Source: a virus. Taken from it: DNA of 64,000 bases. The DNA lies in IMG/VR virus record IMGVR_UViG_3300028394_000040; one strand, written 5' to 3'. Shown piece by piece: positions 20,301 through 29,185 of the stretch. Each line of letters begins with the position of its first letter. The stretch's first letter is position 1. The notes beneath the pieces are model-generated. The model ran no database searches, was not told the DNA's origin, and worked only from the letters and a program-made list of their open reading frames with translations. The translations under genes and the position numbers were made by a program.

Positions 20301-20857
20301 CTAATATCAGGTGATGTCGGACCAATATCTTCGCCAAAAATTATACTACCAGTACTAGTTTGGCGTAATATACTTTGACCTAAAACAGACCCCGATTTAA
20401 AGGGAAAGTACGTGTCTGATATATTTGATGGATTAATAGTACCATTTACGTCTAAAGATCCAGTTATGCCTACTGAGCCTGTAAACTGATGTGTGTTGGT
20501 TAATAATGAACCAAATTTAGTACTACCTGTTACAAAGTCTACTGAAGATGTAATGGTCTGTACTACTATCGTTTGTGCAGTTAATGTACCTCTTACTGTA
20601 AAATTATCTGCTGTAGATGCTGTTGCTGCTAAAGAAGCAGATAATGCGTTAGTAACGTAAGATGCAGTTAAGGAATTAGCTACGTAAGATGCTGTAGTTG
20701 AAAAAGAAGAAGATACTGCGTTAAGAACAAAAGACGCTGTAGTAGCTGTTCCCAATAAAGAACCGGTAATACCTTGTGTTGCAGTGATTGAACCCGTTAC
20801 CGTAAGCGGTCCTTGTATTTCTAACGAACCCGTAACTACCCCAGAATCTATTATCAT
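17390..20857 (-). CDS. Tail fibre 7: TASY repeats, four ~70-aa 'W.FNH.L..YP' domains, S74 chaperone
   Basis: Two copies of the shared core; TASYVVNAL repeats; TSDLRLKTN..GLVAQEV..LDYSKVTALLVNAVKEL. Confidence 0.85.
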   Translation of the reverse strand: MIIDSGVVTGSLEIQGPLTVTGSITATQGITGSLLGTATTASFVLNAVSSSFSTTASYVANSLTASYVTNALSASLAATASTADNFTVRGTLTAQTIVVQTITSSVDFVTGSTKFGSLLTNTHQFTGSVGITGSLDVNGTINPSNISDTYFPFKSGSVLGQSILRQTSTGSIIFGEDIGPTSPDIRRLTINSKNYSELALFVSGSSPGFYMQSRPGGGFAFTNAANNGQVFNLGSDATGGAFQIANGTNVAFTGNVAINYPNIYTIPSKFYVSGSTRLDGTLKVGTLLTDTHQFTGSLGVTGSSIFSGSVTSTLGFTGSLLGTATTASYVANAQTASYVVNSLSASLAATASTADNFTVRGTLTAQTLVVQTITSSIVFSSGSNRLGSQLTDTQAITGSTGITGSLQLNGFNVITANQTSSMSVATASFALTASYVVNALTASYVVNAISASQAANAYTASFVALAQSASYVDTARTASYVVNALTASYVVNALTASYVTNAISASQAANSYTASYVVNALTASFVANAVSSSYALTASFALNGGGGGGVGFPFSGSAVITGSLNVSGSGITGSFFGDGSGITGIVAGGKLFTQSSPSATWTFNHLLNYRYPNVTVYNASNEVIVPQSITATDVNTLTLTFGSAVAGYAIANIGSPTTVTGRTARQYFSTANTWSFDHALGDRYVMVQAFDDNFEMVIPTSIILATTASATILFDSASSGYALATIGGDLPTISASYAGYVLTVGSASPYSASWAPITSVPTASYVLNAQSASFAVTASYVANAQTASYVVNALTASYVQNAISASQAANSYTASYVLNAQTASYAFTASYISGSGAGSGFPFSGSGVITGSLLVSGTFIVSGTVDFANANIDNSRYLHSQTSAANTWSVNHNLEYNYPNVTIYDSTGYVIQPDEIISVDNNTTSVRFTVAQAGYANVSVGGISTGQADRFLFTQTSATGSWVINHGLNYKYVNVDIYDNNDQLMIPQVVTATDVNTLTVTFVTPTSGNAIISKGGARTTSLFVDRSNGYYSFSGSMNVTGSGIFSGDVDANNFNTTSDLRLKTNLEIVEGALDKIELLNGYTFDWITEYSGDKTKQIGLVAQEVYAVQPELISYREFNQEEIMVLDYSKVTALLVNAVKELSAKVKDLESKINN

Positions 20858-20929
20858 TGTGTATCTTCTTTACTATAAATATTTTGTACTCTACTAAGTA
20901 TACTTTTTATTGCTAAGTATTACTATTCA

Positions 20930-22477
20930 TTAATATCCGTCTCTTAATTTAGTTGCTGTTACTGCTGCTGGACCTCTTGCTCCACCCCATCCAATATTAA
21001 CTGTATATCCTGAAAGAGTTATTCCTCCATTATTATTATTTGGACCTGGGTTATTATAAATTGCAGATATTGCATCTGAGCCTCCACCATAACCACTAAG
21101 ATGCATATAATACCACATAACACTATACGTTTCATTTATACCACCCCCACCTCTCATCATATATGCATTTATTAAATATATTCCAGGGTCTAATGCAGCT
21201 AAATTATATGATATAGTAGCACCAGCATAAGGTGTAGATGCACAAATTATTCCAAATTCTCCTTCAAATATAGAAGCATACATACCTCCAGTTGCTCTAA
21301 CACCTCCATTTACATAAACTTTTTCTCCTTGGTCTGTTGTAGTTCCTACAAGTAAATTCCCCCCACTTGTAATTCGCATACGTTCTCCAACAGAACTTCT
21401 TACAAACGTTAAATCTGTACTACTTCCACCATTAATCTCCCATCTATCTTCAGATGTTAAATTACTGCTAAAAAATAATCCTGTAGTTAAAGCTACTCTT
21501 CCTGTTACGTTTAATGTTCCTACAGTTCCATTAGTATTCCCAATCCCTACGTTGCCAGCAGAAGTAATTCGCATACGTTCAGTACCGTTTATAAGAGTTA
21601 CTAAAGGATACGCACCTGATGAGTATATAAATCTACCATAAGCAGTTCCTGTAAAGTTAGCTCCTGCAGAATCATCAATACCAACATACATTGTGCCAGA
21701 CGTATTAGTATACTGTGAGGTAACAAAATTTGTTGTTCCGCCGATATTAATACGAGCATTAGAAGTACCGGTAGAGTATGCATCAATCACATAGAGTGGA
21801 GAACTCGTTCCTATTCCTACAATACCACTAGAACTAACGAATAGACCATTAGGGTTTACCCTCAGGCTACCGCTAATAATATGATTATCAGTCAATGCGT
21901 TCCCTATGTTTACTCCGCCTGCGGTAACTTGGAACTCTGTTCCGTTAGTAAATACTGCTAAAGAGCCTGTTATCCCAACGCTACCAGTTAACTCTTGAGT
22001 ATTGCTTAAAGAACTACCGATCTTATTACTCCCCGTCGTAAACAAGACAGAAGACGTTACCGTCTGTACTATTAAGGTTTGTGCCGTAATAGAACCTAAT
22101 GCTGTTACGTTATTACGTACATACAAAGTATCTGCCGATGAGGCAGTCAAAGCATTAGAAGAAGATAAAGCATTTAGTCCGTAAGATGCTGTTGTAGCAG
22201 CTAAGGCATAACTAGAAGACGTACTGGCCAAGGCATAACTAGAAGACGTACTAGCCAAGGCATAACTTGCCGATGTACTGGCCAAAGCATAACTAGAAGA
22301 CGTACTGGCCAAGGCATAACTAGAAGACGTAGCCGTAGCAGAATAACTAGAAGAAACAGCTGTAGTTGCAAAACTAGCTGTACCTGTTAATCCTCCTACC
22401 ACATTTATTGAGCCAGATAAGATAGTGTTTCCTGTTACTGTTAAAGAACCAGATACGGTAGGTGAGTTTAATATCAT
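20930..22477 (-). CDS. Tail fibre/spike 6, no S74 domain
   Basis: Shared core; ERMRIT.GNVGIG repeats; unique C-terminal beta domain. Confidence 0.75.
   Translation of the reverse strand: MILNSPTVSGSLTVTGNTILSGSINVVGGLTGTASFATTAVSSSYSATATSSSYALASTSSSYALASTSASYALASTSSSYALASTSSSYALAATTASYGLNALSSSNALTASSADTLYVRNNVTALGSITAQTLIVQTVTSSVLFTTGSNKIGSSLSNTQELTGSVGITGSLAVFTNGTEFQVTAGGVNIGNALTDNHIISGSLRVNPNGLFVSSSGIVGIGTSSPLYVIDAYSTGTSNARINIGGTTNFVTSQYTNTSGTMYVGIDDSAGANFTGTAYGRFIYSSGAYPLVTLINGTERMRITSAGNVGIGNTNGTVGTLNVTGRVALTTGLFFSSNLTSEDRWEINGGSSTDLTFVRSSVGERMRITSGGNLLVGTTTDQGEKVYVNGGVRATGGMYASIFEGEFGIICASTPYAGATISYNLAALDPGIYLINAYMMRGGGGINETYSVMWYYMHLSGYGGGSDAISAIYNNPGPNNNNGGITLSGYTVNIGWGGARGPAAVTATKLRDGY
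22203..22337. repeat. 27-bp coding tandem repeat, about 5 copies (ASTSSSYAL)
   Basis: Unit aaggcataactagaagacgtactggcc, with near-identical copies. Confidence 0.85.
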
Positions 22478-23967
22478 TGTAATTTAGCTTTTAATTCGTC
22501 TATTTGTGCTTGTTGTTCTTGGATTGCTTTTACTAAAAAAGGAACTAAATGTCCTGTATCTATAGACTTAAAATCCTCTATAAGACTATCACCTAATGAA
22601 TATTCTTTGTTATAAACATATTTAGGAAATACTGTTTCAAATTCTTGAGCAATAAATCCAATGTTATTTAATTTTATACTATCGTCCCAATTATTTTTTT
22701 CTGCAAATTCTTGTTTATAATTAAAAGAGACTGGATTTAAGGATGTTATCACATCTAAAGCGTTTGAAATAGTATTAATATTTTCTTTTACTCTAATATC
22801 TGATGTTTGCTGCCAAGTAGTAGTATTATTATAATTAAACACACTACCAGCATTATTCATAGATATAGCTTGTCTGCCACCAGCTGTGTATAAATTAAAA
22901 TTATCACTATACGCTCTTATCCAATGACTACCCCAAGTTCCTTCCATTCTTAATTCTGGACCTAATCCTCCACCGTATATATGGAGTTTTTCTCCCGGTG
23001 AACTTAATCCTATCCCTACGTTGCCACCATTAGCAATATAAAAAGCATTCCCTACAGAATAAGTATTGAATGCGTAATCCAATGAAGTAGAAGTTCCATA
23101 AGCAAATATAGTTCCATCACCGCCTGCATTATTTTGGAATCTAATTATTGCTCCAGAAGATTGGGATTTTAAATTTAATGTAGCAACCCCAACAGTAGTG
23201 TTAATTCTTACAGAGCCACCACTTGTAATTGACATTTTCTCTGAATCATTCGTATAGAAATATATAGCACCATTAGCTACATTGTTTAAATAAGCATCAC
23301 CACCATCTTGTTGTATATTTAATGGATTATATCCAGTTCTACCAATTTTAATACCTCCACCAGCTGCTCCTCTTATTTCTAATGTTTTATATGTAGAAAT
23401 TGGGCTAATAGAAGTTACTCCGATTCCAACATTACCACTTGAACTAACAAACAACCCGTTAGGGTTAATCGTAAAACTACCACTAACGACATGATTGTCA
23501 GTCAATGCATTTCCTATATTTACTCCGCCGGCGCTTACTTGGAACTCTGTTCCATTAGTATTGACAGATAAAGAACCTGTTATCCCTACACTCCCGGTAA
23601 GCTCTTGTACGTTACTTAAGGAACTACCTAACCTGTTACTGCCGGTAGTAAACAAGACAGAAGACGTTACCGTCTGTACTACAAGGGTTTGCGCAGTAAG
23701 CGTTCCTTGTATTACTTGTGCACCGGTAAAAGTATTAGAACCTGTTGTAGCATATACCCTTTCTATATTAGTTGTTCTAGTAGAGAAAGAACCACTAGCT
23801 GCTTCTAACGTAGTTGTTCTCAATGCAACAGAAGAAGAATAATTCGATACATCACCTGCTATACCTGCTATAGAACCGGAAAATGAGCCAGTAAATGAAC
23901 CAGATAAATTTGTGGTCCCTTGTGAAACTGTTGTCGTTCCTTTTAGTGTTGCTGAAAATATTTTCAT
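22474..23967 (-). CDS. Tail fibre/spike 5 with peptidase S74 chaperone
   Basis: TSDIRVKENI..GFIAQEFETVFP..LVPFLVKAIQE. Confidence 0.85.
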   Translation of the reverse strand: MKIFSATLKGTTTVSQGTTNLSGSFTGSFSGSIAGIAGDVSNYSSSVALRTTTLEAASGSFSTRTTNIERVYATTGSNTFTGAQVIQGTLTAQTLVVQTVTSSVLFTTGSNRLGSSLSNVQELTGSVGITGSLSVNTNGTEFQVSAGGVNIGNALTDNHVVSGSFTINPNGLFVSSSGNVGIGVTSISPISTYKTLEIRGAAGGGIKIGRTGYNPLNIQQDGGDAYLNNVANGAIYFYTNDSEKMSITSGGSVRINTTVGVATLNLKSQSSGAIIRFQNNAGGDGTIFAYGTSTSLDYAFNTYSVGNAFYIANGGNVGIGLSSPGEKLHIYGGGLGPELRMEGTWGSHWIRAYSDNFNLYTAGGRQAISMNNAGSVFNYNNTTTWQQTSDIRVKENINTISNALDVITSLNPVSFNYKQEFAEKNNWDDSIKLNNIGFIAQEFETVFPKYVYNKEYSLGDSLIEDFKSIDTGHLVPFLVKAIQEQQAQIDELKAKLQ

Positions 23968-26066
23968 TATTGTATGTTATTGCGTTGTAATATTTCTTCT
24001 AATGCTGTGTTTTTAGCGGAAAGTTCTTTTATTGCTTCAATTAGTACAGGTACTATATCTGAGTAAGCTATAGTTTTAGTTCCGAATTCATCATCGCCTG
24101 TTGTTACTACTTGAGGCAATATTTCTTCTACATCTTGAGCAATAAGTCCTAAATGATTATTGTCATCTAAATTTAGATCTGGTCTTAAAGTTTTATCCCA
24201 ATTAAAGGTTATCCCATTTAATTGCTTTATTTTATCTAATCCATTTATAACAGGTGTAACATCTTTTTTAAGTCTACCGTCCGAAACGTTGTTCCAGTTA
24301 GATAAACCTGCTGCTGTACCATTAGCAAATAATCTATACCCTAAATTTGTTGATGTACCTATTAAAAAATTACCGCCACCATTTAAAGCTATAATATGGT
24401 TAGTAGAATATTCCTGTAGATACAAAATACCATTACCTGTTCTGTAAATTTGGTTTTCAGTAAAACCTATACATGAACCAGCATTTGAATTTTTACCTAT
24501 TGTTGTAGGATTATTTAAATCAACACCGCCGCCGTTTATAGTCATTGCAACAGTTTGTACTTCAGCAGATAGATTAGCAAAGTTACCAGAGTCACCACCT
24601 GCTTTAGTATACGTTGATGTACCTAATGCTAATCCACCTCCGTAAACTGCTCTAATCCATCCAGAAGTTGCAGTTGAAATAGCCGAAGATGTAATTGCTT
24701 CAAAAGTTGCAGTATTACTATTATTTTGTAATGTACCAACTCTTATTCTTTGGCTACCTCCTGCTGTAGAAACTTCAAGTAAGTATGATGGAGTAGTTGA
24801 TGCTCCAATCCCTATGTTACTTTGGTAAAGTACCATTGCAGTGGTTAGTACACTACTTTGTAGAGTTTTTAAATACAAAACACCGCCTGTTCCTGCATAT
24901 TTTCCTCCTTGTATTTGAGCTTTAATTGTACCTATATCTGCCCTGAAATTTAGGAAAGTATCACCCCCACCATTATCTCCTGATATGTTTAAAGTAGCAT
25001 TTGCAGTTGGGGAACCTATTGTAACATCATTACTAAACGTGGCGGCACCTGAAGAGGAAATGGAAAGTCTTGTAGTTGCATTTGTTTGCAAATTTAATGG
25101 TATAGCAGCTTGGGTTGCTAATACAACCGCAGAAGAATTTGCATAGATATATCCATAATCAACATTACTCCCTTTTAAATAAATTTCACTACCTGTAGTT
25201 CCGTTTATATTTAATGCAGTATAATTTGGGGAAGCACTTAATGTAGTAGTCCCAATACCAACATTACCGCTAGAACTGACAAACAAGCCATTCGCATTCA
25301 CTCTTAAACTACCGCTTATTACATGATTATCGGTTAAAGCATTTCCTATATTTACTCCACCGGCACTAACTTGAAATTCAGTACCGTTAGTGTTTACAGA
25401 CAAGCTACCGGTTATACCAACGCTACCAGTTAATTCTTGAACGTTAGATAAAGAAGAACCGATCTTATTGCTGCCGGTAGAAAATAAAACGCTAGAAGTA
25501 ACTGTTTGTACGATTAACGTCTGTGCAGTTATATTACCGGAATACAAAGCATTAGAAGCTGTTATGTTTCCTGTTAAAGCTATTGAGCCGGTAATTATTT
25601 GATCGCTTTTAAACGAGTTAGATCCTGTAGTGGCATAGCTACCGGTTTGTACCGTAAGGCTAGTTACTCTAGTTGAGAAAGATGCACTAGCAGCTTCTAA
25701 CGTAGTAGTTCTAGTAGAAAAGCTAGAAGAAGCTGAAATCAAGGTACTTCCTGTTGCTTCAATATTAGTAGTTCTAGTTGAAAAGCTAGAAGAAGCTGCA
25801 GTCAAGGTACTTCCTGTTGCTTCAATATTAGTAGTTCTAGTTGAAAAGCTAGAAGAAGCTGCAGTCAAGGTACTCCCGGTAGCTTCGTTATTAGTTACCC
25901 TAGTAGAAAAGCTAGAAGAAGCTGCAGTCAAGGTACTCCCGGTAGCTTCGTTATTAGTTATTCTAGAAGAAAAAGATGCAGAATAAGCGGCAGAGCCGGT
26001 TATGTTCGAAACATCAGATCCGTTTAGCGATATTGAGCCGGTAAGTACAGCGTTATGTATTAACAT
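23967..26066 (-). CDS. Tail fibre/spike 4 with N-terminal coiled-coil repeats and S74 chaperone
   Basis: 21-aa repeats; VSDGRLKKDV..GLIAQDVEEILP..YSDIVPVLIEAIKEL. Confidence 0.85.
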   Translation of the reverse strand: MLIHNAVLTGSISLNGSDVSNITGSAAYSASFSSRITNNEATGSTLTAASSSFSTRVTNNEATGSTLTAASSSFSTRTTNIEATGSTLTAASSSFSTRTTNIEATGSTLISASSSFSTRTTTLEAASASFSTRVTSLTVQTGSYATTGSNSFKSDQIITGSIALTGNITASNALYSGNITAQTLIVQTVTSSVLFSTGSNKIGSSLSNVQELTGSVGITGSLSVNTNGTEFQVSAGGVNIGNALTDNHVISGSLRVNANGLFVSSSGNVGIGTTTLSASPNYTALNINGTTGSEIYLKGSNVDYGYIYANSSAVVLATQAAIPLNLQTNATTRLSISSSGAATFSNDVTIGSPTANATLNISGDNGGGDTFLNFRADIGTIKAQIQGGKYAGTGGVLYLKTLQSSVLTTAMVLYQSNIGIGASTTPSYLLEVSTAGGSQRIRVGTLQNNSNTATFEAITSSAISTATSGWIRAVYGGGLALGTSTYTKAGGDSGNFANLSAEVQTVAMTINGGGVDLNNPTTIGKNSNAGSCIGFTENQIYRTGNGILYLQEYSTNHIIALNGGGNFLIGTSTNLGYRLFANGTAAGLSNWNNVSDGRLKKDVTPVINGLDKIKQLNGITFNWDKTLRPDLNLDDNNHLGLIAQDVEEILPQVVTTGDDEFGTKTIAYSDIVPVLIEAIKELSAKNTALEEILQRNNIQ
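25705..25975. repeat. 63-bp coding tandem repeat, about 4 copies (EATGSTLTAASSSFSTRxTNx)
   Basis: Near-identical units containing aaagctagaagaagctgcagtcaaggtact. Confidence 0.85.
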
Positions 26067-27719
26067 TTATTGTATATTGTTACGTTGTAGTATTTCTTTT
26101 AATGTATCGTTTTCCGATTTGAGTTCTTTTATTGCTTCAATTAAAACTGGGACTATATCAGAATAAGTGATGGTTTTAGTTTGTATTTCATCTTCACTTG
26201 TTGTTACAACTTGTGGTAATATTTCTTCCACATCTTGAGCAATTAATCCTAAATGATTTTTGTCGTCTACATTCAAATCAGGTCTTAAAGTTTTATCCCA
26301 ATTAAAAGATATTCCATTTAATTGTTTTATTTTATGTAATGCATTTTCAATAGGAATAATATCTTTTTTAAGTCTCCTGTCTGATACGTTTGCAAAACCA
26401 GATGTACCAGCAGCGCTACCATTTACATAGAGTAAATACCCCCCATCAGCAGTTTGACCTATAACAAGTCTTCCGTTACCAATAAGTCTCATTCTTTCAG
26501 TTCCAGCAGTTCTAAATGTAATAACTGAACCTATTCCAATAACGTTACCTGCACTTATAGTTACGTGTCCTGGGTCTGCACTTCTTTCATTACCTGATAA
26601 ATATATATGTCCCCCTCTTGTTGGACCATCACCACTTGCACCACATAAAGCTAAATAACCGTCATCAGTACCATCAGCAGTATTAATACCAATTGCTGCA
26701 TCTTTTGCCATTAATAAACTTCCCCCACTTGTAATTCGCATACGTTCAGTAGCAGTTGTTGGAGAAGAAGATGTACTTTGTGCTTGAGCTCTAAATATTA
26801 TATTACCTGCAAACGCAGACTCAATACTTAAACTATTTGAATCATTAAATAATCCCCATATATAGTAATTATTTGTATATGAATATACGTTTTCGCCAGT
26901 TGGATTTATTTGTAATCTACTAGTATTGTATACACCCAAATATTTAGTTCCATCAGAACCAATTCGCATACGTTCAGTGCCGTCGCTACTTGGATACCTA
27001 TTATTCCAAAAAGCAAAAGCATCTGTATTAGCTGGTTGACCTATTACCCAGTCTGCAACTGAATCTTGTACAAAATGAACTTGAGCTCCAGTCTGTGTTG
27101 CATTTTTTATTGTACCTATTATTCCACGAGTTGGACTAGTTGCTTCAATATGAAGTTTAGTACTTGGCGTAGTAGTCCCAATACCAACATTACCGCTAGA
27201 ACTAACGAATAGACCATTAGGGTTTACCCTCAGGCTACCGCTTATTACATGGTTGTCGGTCAATGCGTTTCCTATGTTTACTCCACCTGCATTTACTTGG
27301 AACTCTGTTCCATTAGTATTAACAGATAAAGAACCGGTTATACCTACACTACCTGTTAACTGCTGTACGTTAGAAAGAGAAGAACCGATAATATTACTGC
27401 CTGTCGTAAATAGAACGCTAGAAGTAATAGTCTGTACTATTAGCGTCTGTGCAGTTATAGACCCCAATGCCGTAACGTTATTTCTAACGTATAAAGTATC
27501 TGCCGAAGAGGCAGTCATAGCATTTGAACCTGTTAAGGCATTAACGGCATAACTAGAAGATACGGCATTTAATACGAAAGAAGAAGTTAAAGCAAAAGAA
27601 GAACTTAAAACAGAAATAGAAGCTGTTTGATTAGTAAGCAATACGTTTACCCCGTTCAAGGATATGCTAGAACCTGTTACTACAAGCGAACCTGATATTG
27701 ATGGATTATATAGTATCAT
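26067..27719 (-). CDS. Tail fibre/spike 3 with peptidase S74 chaperone
   Basis: VSDRRLKKDI..GLIAQDVEEILP; C-terminus nearly identical to that of fibre 4. Confidence 0.85.
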   Translation of the reverse strand: MILYNPSISGSLVVTGSSISLNGVNVLLTNQTASISVLSSSFALTSSFVLNAVSSSYAVNALTGSNAMTASSADTLYVRNNVTALGSITAQTLIVQTITSSVLFTTGSNIIGSSLSNVQQLTGSVGITGSLSVNTNGTEFQVNAGGVNIGNALTDNHVISGSLRVNPNGLFVSSSGNVGIGTTTPSTKLHIEATSPTRGIIGTIKNATQTGAQVHFVQDSVADWVIGQPANTDAFAFWNNRYPSSDGTERMRIGSDGTKYLGVYNTSRLQINPTGENVYSYTNNYYIWGLFNDSNSLSIESAFAGNIIFRAQAQSTSSSPTTATERMRITSGGSLLMAKDAAIGINTADGTDDGYLALCGASGDGPTRGGHIYLSGNERSADPGHVTISAGNVIGIGSVITFRTAGTERMRLIGNGRLVIGQTADGGYLLYVNGSAAGTSGFANVSDRRLKKDIIPIENALHKIKQLNGISFNWDKTLRPDLNVDDKNHLGLIAQDVEEILPQVVTTSEDEIQTKTITYSDIVPVLIEAIKELKSENDTLKEILQRNNIQ

Positions 27720-27774
27720 CTGTTAATCTTTTTTTTATTGTACTATTGTGCGTTTTCTAATGCGTTTGTTTTAC

Positions 27775-29184
27775 TTATGCTCGTCCTGGTTGAAATAATA
27801 TAGTCCATTCAAATGCATATGTTCCATATCCATCATTTCGTACTCGTATTGCTGCTCCTGACTGGCTTAAATCTATGTTTGCTCCGTCAAATAAAGTAGT
27901 AAGTTTATAATAATCCCCGCTGTATGATTGAGCAAAAAATATTCCAGAAGCACAGAAATTAGCATTAGCTCCAACATAAGCAGCTTGTACTGTATATAAT
28001 CCCATAGTATCCATGGTGTATATAGTACCTGTTGCTCCAGAAGCTAAAGTAATCGTACCACTAAAACTTTTAAAATTAGAAGCATTTACTGTTGAAAAAT
28101 TACCTGTACCTCCTGTAATAGTACTATTTGAATAAATACTACCATTTACATTAAGTTTATTTCCATTGTCAGTTGTAGTCCCAATCAATACATTGCCCCC
28201 ACTTGTAAGAGTGAATGGTTGATTTCCAGCAGTTTCGTTATATATGAAAAGTGATGTTGTTCCTAATCCTAATTTATATTTTTGAGCAGTACCGCTAGTT
28301 TTTTCAAATGTTATCGTACCACCTTCAGTACCATTACTTGTCATATGCATCTGACCAGTACCACCACCATTATAAGTCGAAGATAAATGAAGTAGTGTTG
28401 TTGGCGAACTCGTTCCAATCCCTACGTTGCCACCTGATGCTATGGTCATGACTACTGTGTTATTGGTGGCAAACTGCAATGGGTCGGTAGCTTCTGAGCC
28501 AACCACGCTTGCGTAGGCAGAAGCACCAGTAAAGATTTGTCCACCAGCCGAACCCTCACGACCTGCGATAAACCCATGCGCACTACCAACAAGTCTAATG
28601 TAGGCATTATTTGTTGTTATGCTGCTATTAAGAAACGATACTCCACCATTACTATCTGAAGCATATACCACTCCTCCAGTTAAATCACCACTAAACGTAG
28701 CACTTGTCCCACTCAATGCTCTACTAACTAATGTAACCGTAGTTCCATCATCCGTAATTGCACTATTCCCTATCGTACCACTTGCTGTGAACTTAGGCAC
28801 ATAGTTAGCAGTACCGCTGCCTACTACAGCAGTAGTTCCGTTTATAGCTAAACTACCCGTTATTCCTACGCTTCCGGTTAACTGCTGTACATTACTTAAA
28901 GAAGAGCCAATGATATTACTGCCGGTAGTAAATAAGACAGAAGACGTTACTGTCTGTACTATTAAGGTCTGTGCGGTAATAGAACCTAACGCTGTTACGT
29001 TATTTCTTACGTATAATGTATCTGCACTAGATGCAGTCATTGCATTAGAAGACGTTAAGGCATTAAGGGAATAGCTACTTGTAGTAGCAAAGGATGCCGA
29101 AGCTATAGAACCGGAAATAGTCACTCCGCCGGTAGCTTCTAAACTACCTGATAATATTAAAGAACCTGATAATACTATTGCCAT
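27775..29184 (-). CDS. Tail fibre/spike 2, no S74 domain
   Basis: Shared core; GNVGIGTSSP and GNVLIGTTTD repeats; unique C-terminus. Confidence 0.75.
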   Translation of the reverse strand: MAIVLSGSLILSGSLEATGGVTISGSIASASFATTSSYSLNALTSSNAMTASSADTLYVRNNVTALGSITAQTLIVQTVTSSVLFTTGSNIIGSSLSNVQQLTGSVGITGSLAINGTTAVVGSGTANYVPKFTASGTIGNSAITDDGTTVTLVSRALSGTSATFSGDLTGGVVYASDSNGGVSFLNSSITTNNAYIRLVGSAHGFIAGREGSAGGQIFTGASAYASVVGSEATDPLQFATNNTVVMTIASGGNVGIGTSSPTTLLHLSSTYNGGGTGQMHMTSNGTEGGTITFEKTSGTAQKYKLGLGTTSLFIYNETAGNQPFTLTSGGNVLIGTTTDNGNKLNVNGSIYSNSTITGGTGNFSTVNASNFKSFSGTITLASGATGTIYTMDTMGLYTVQAAYVGANANFCASGIFFAQSYSGDYYKLTTLFDGANIDLSQSGAAIRVRNDGYGTYAFEWTILFQPGRA

Positions 29185-29185
29185 G

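Noticed and set aside
26060-26072. Read-through fusion of in-frame adjacent fibre genes (TAA-ATG at 26066/26067; TAA-TAA-ATG at 15758-15764)
   Set aside because: TAA is a strong stop and each upstream gene ends with a complete S74 domain. Translational coupling is a sufficient explanation.
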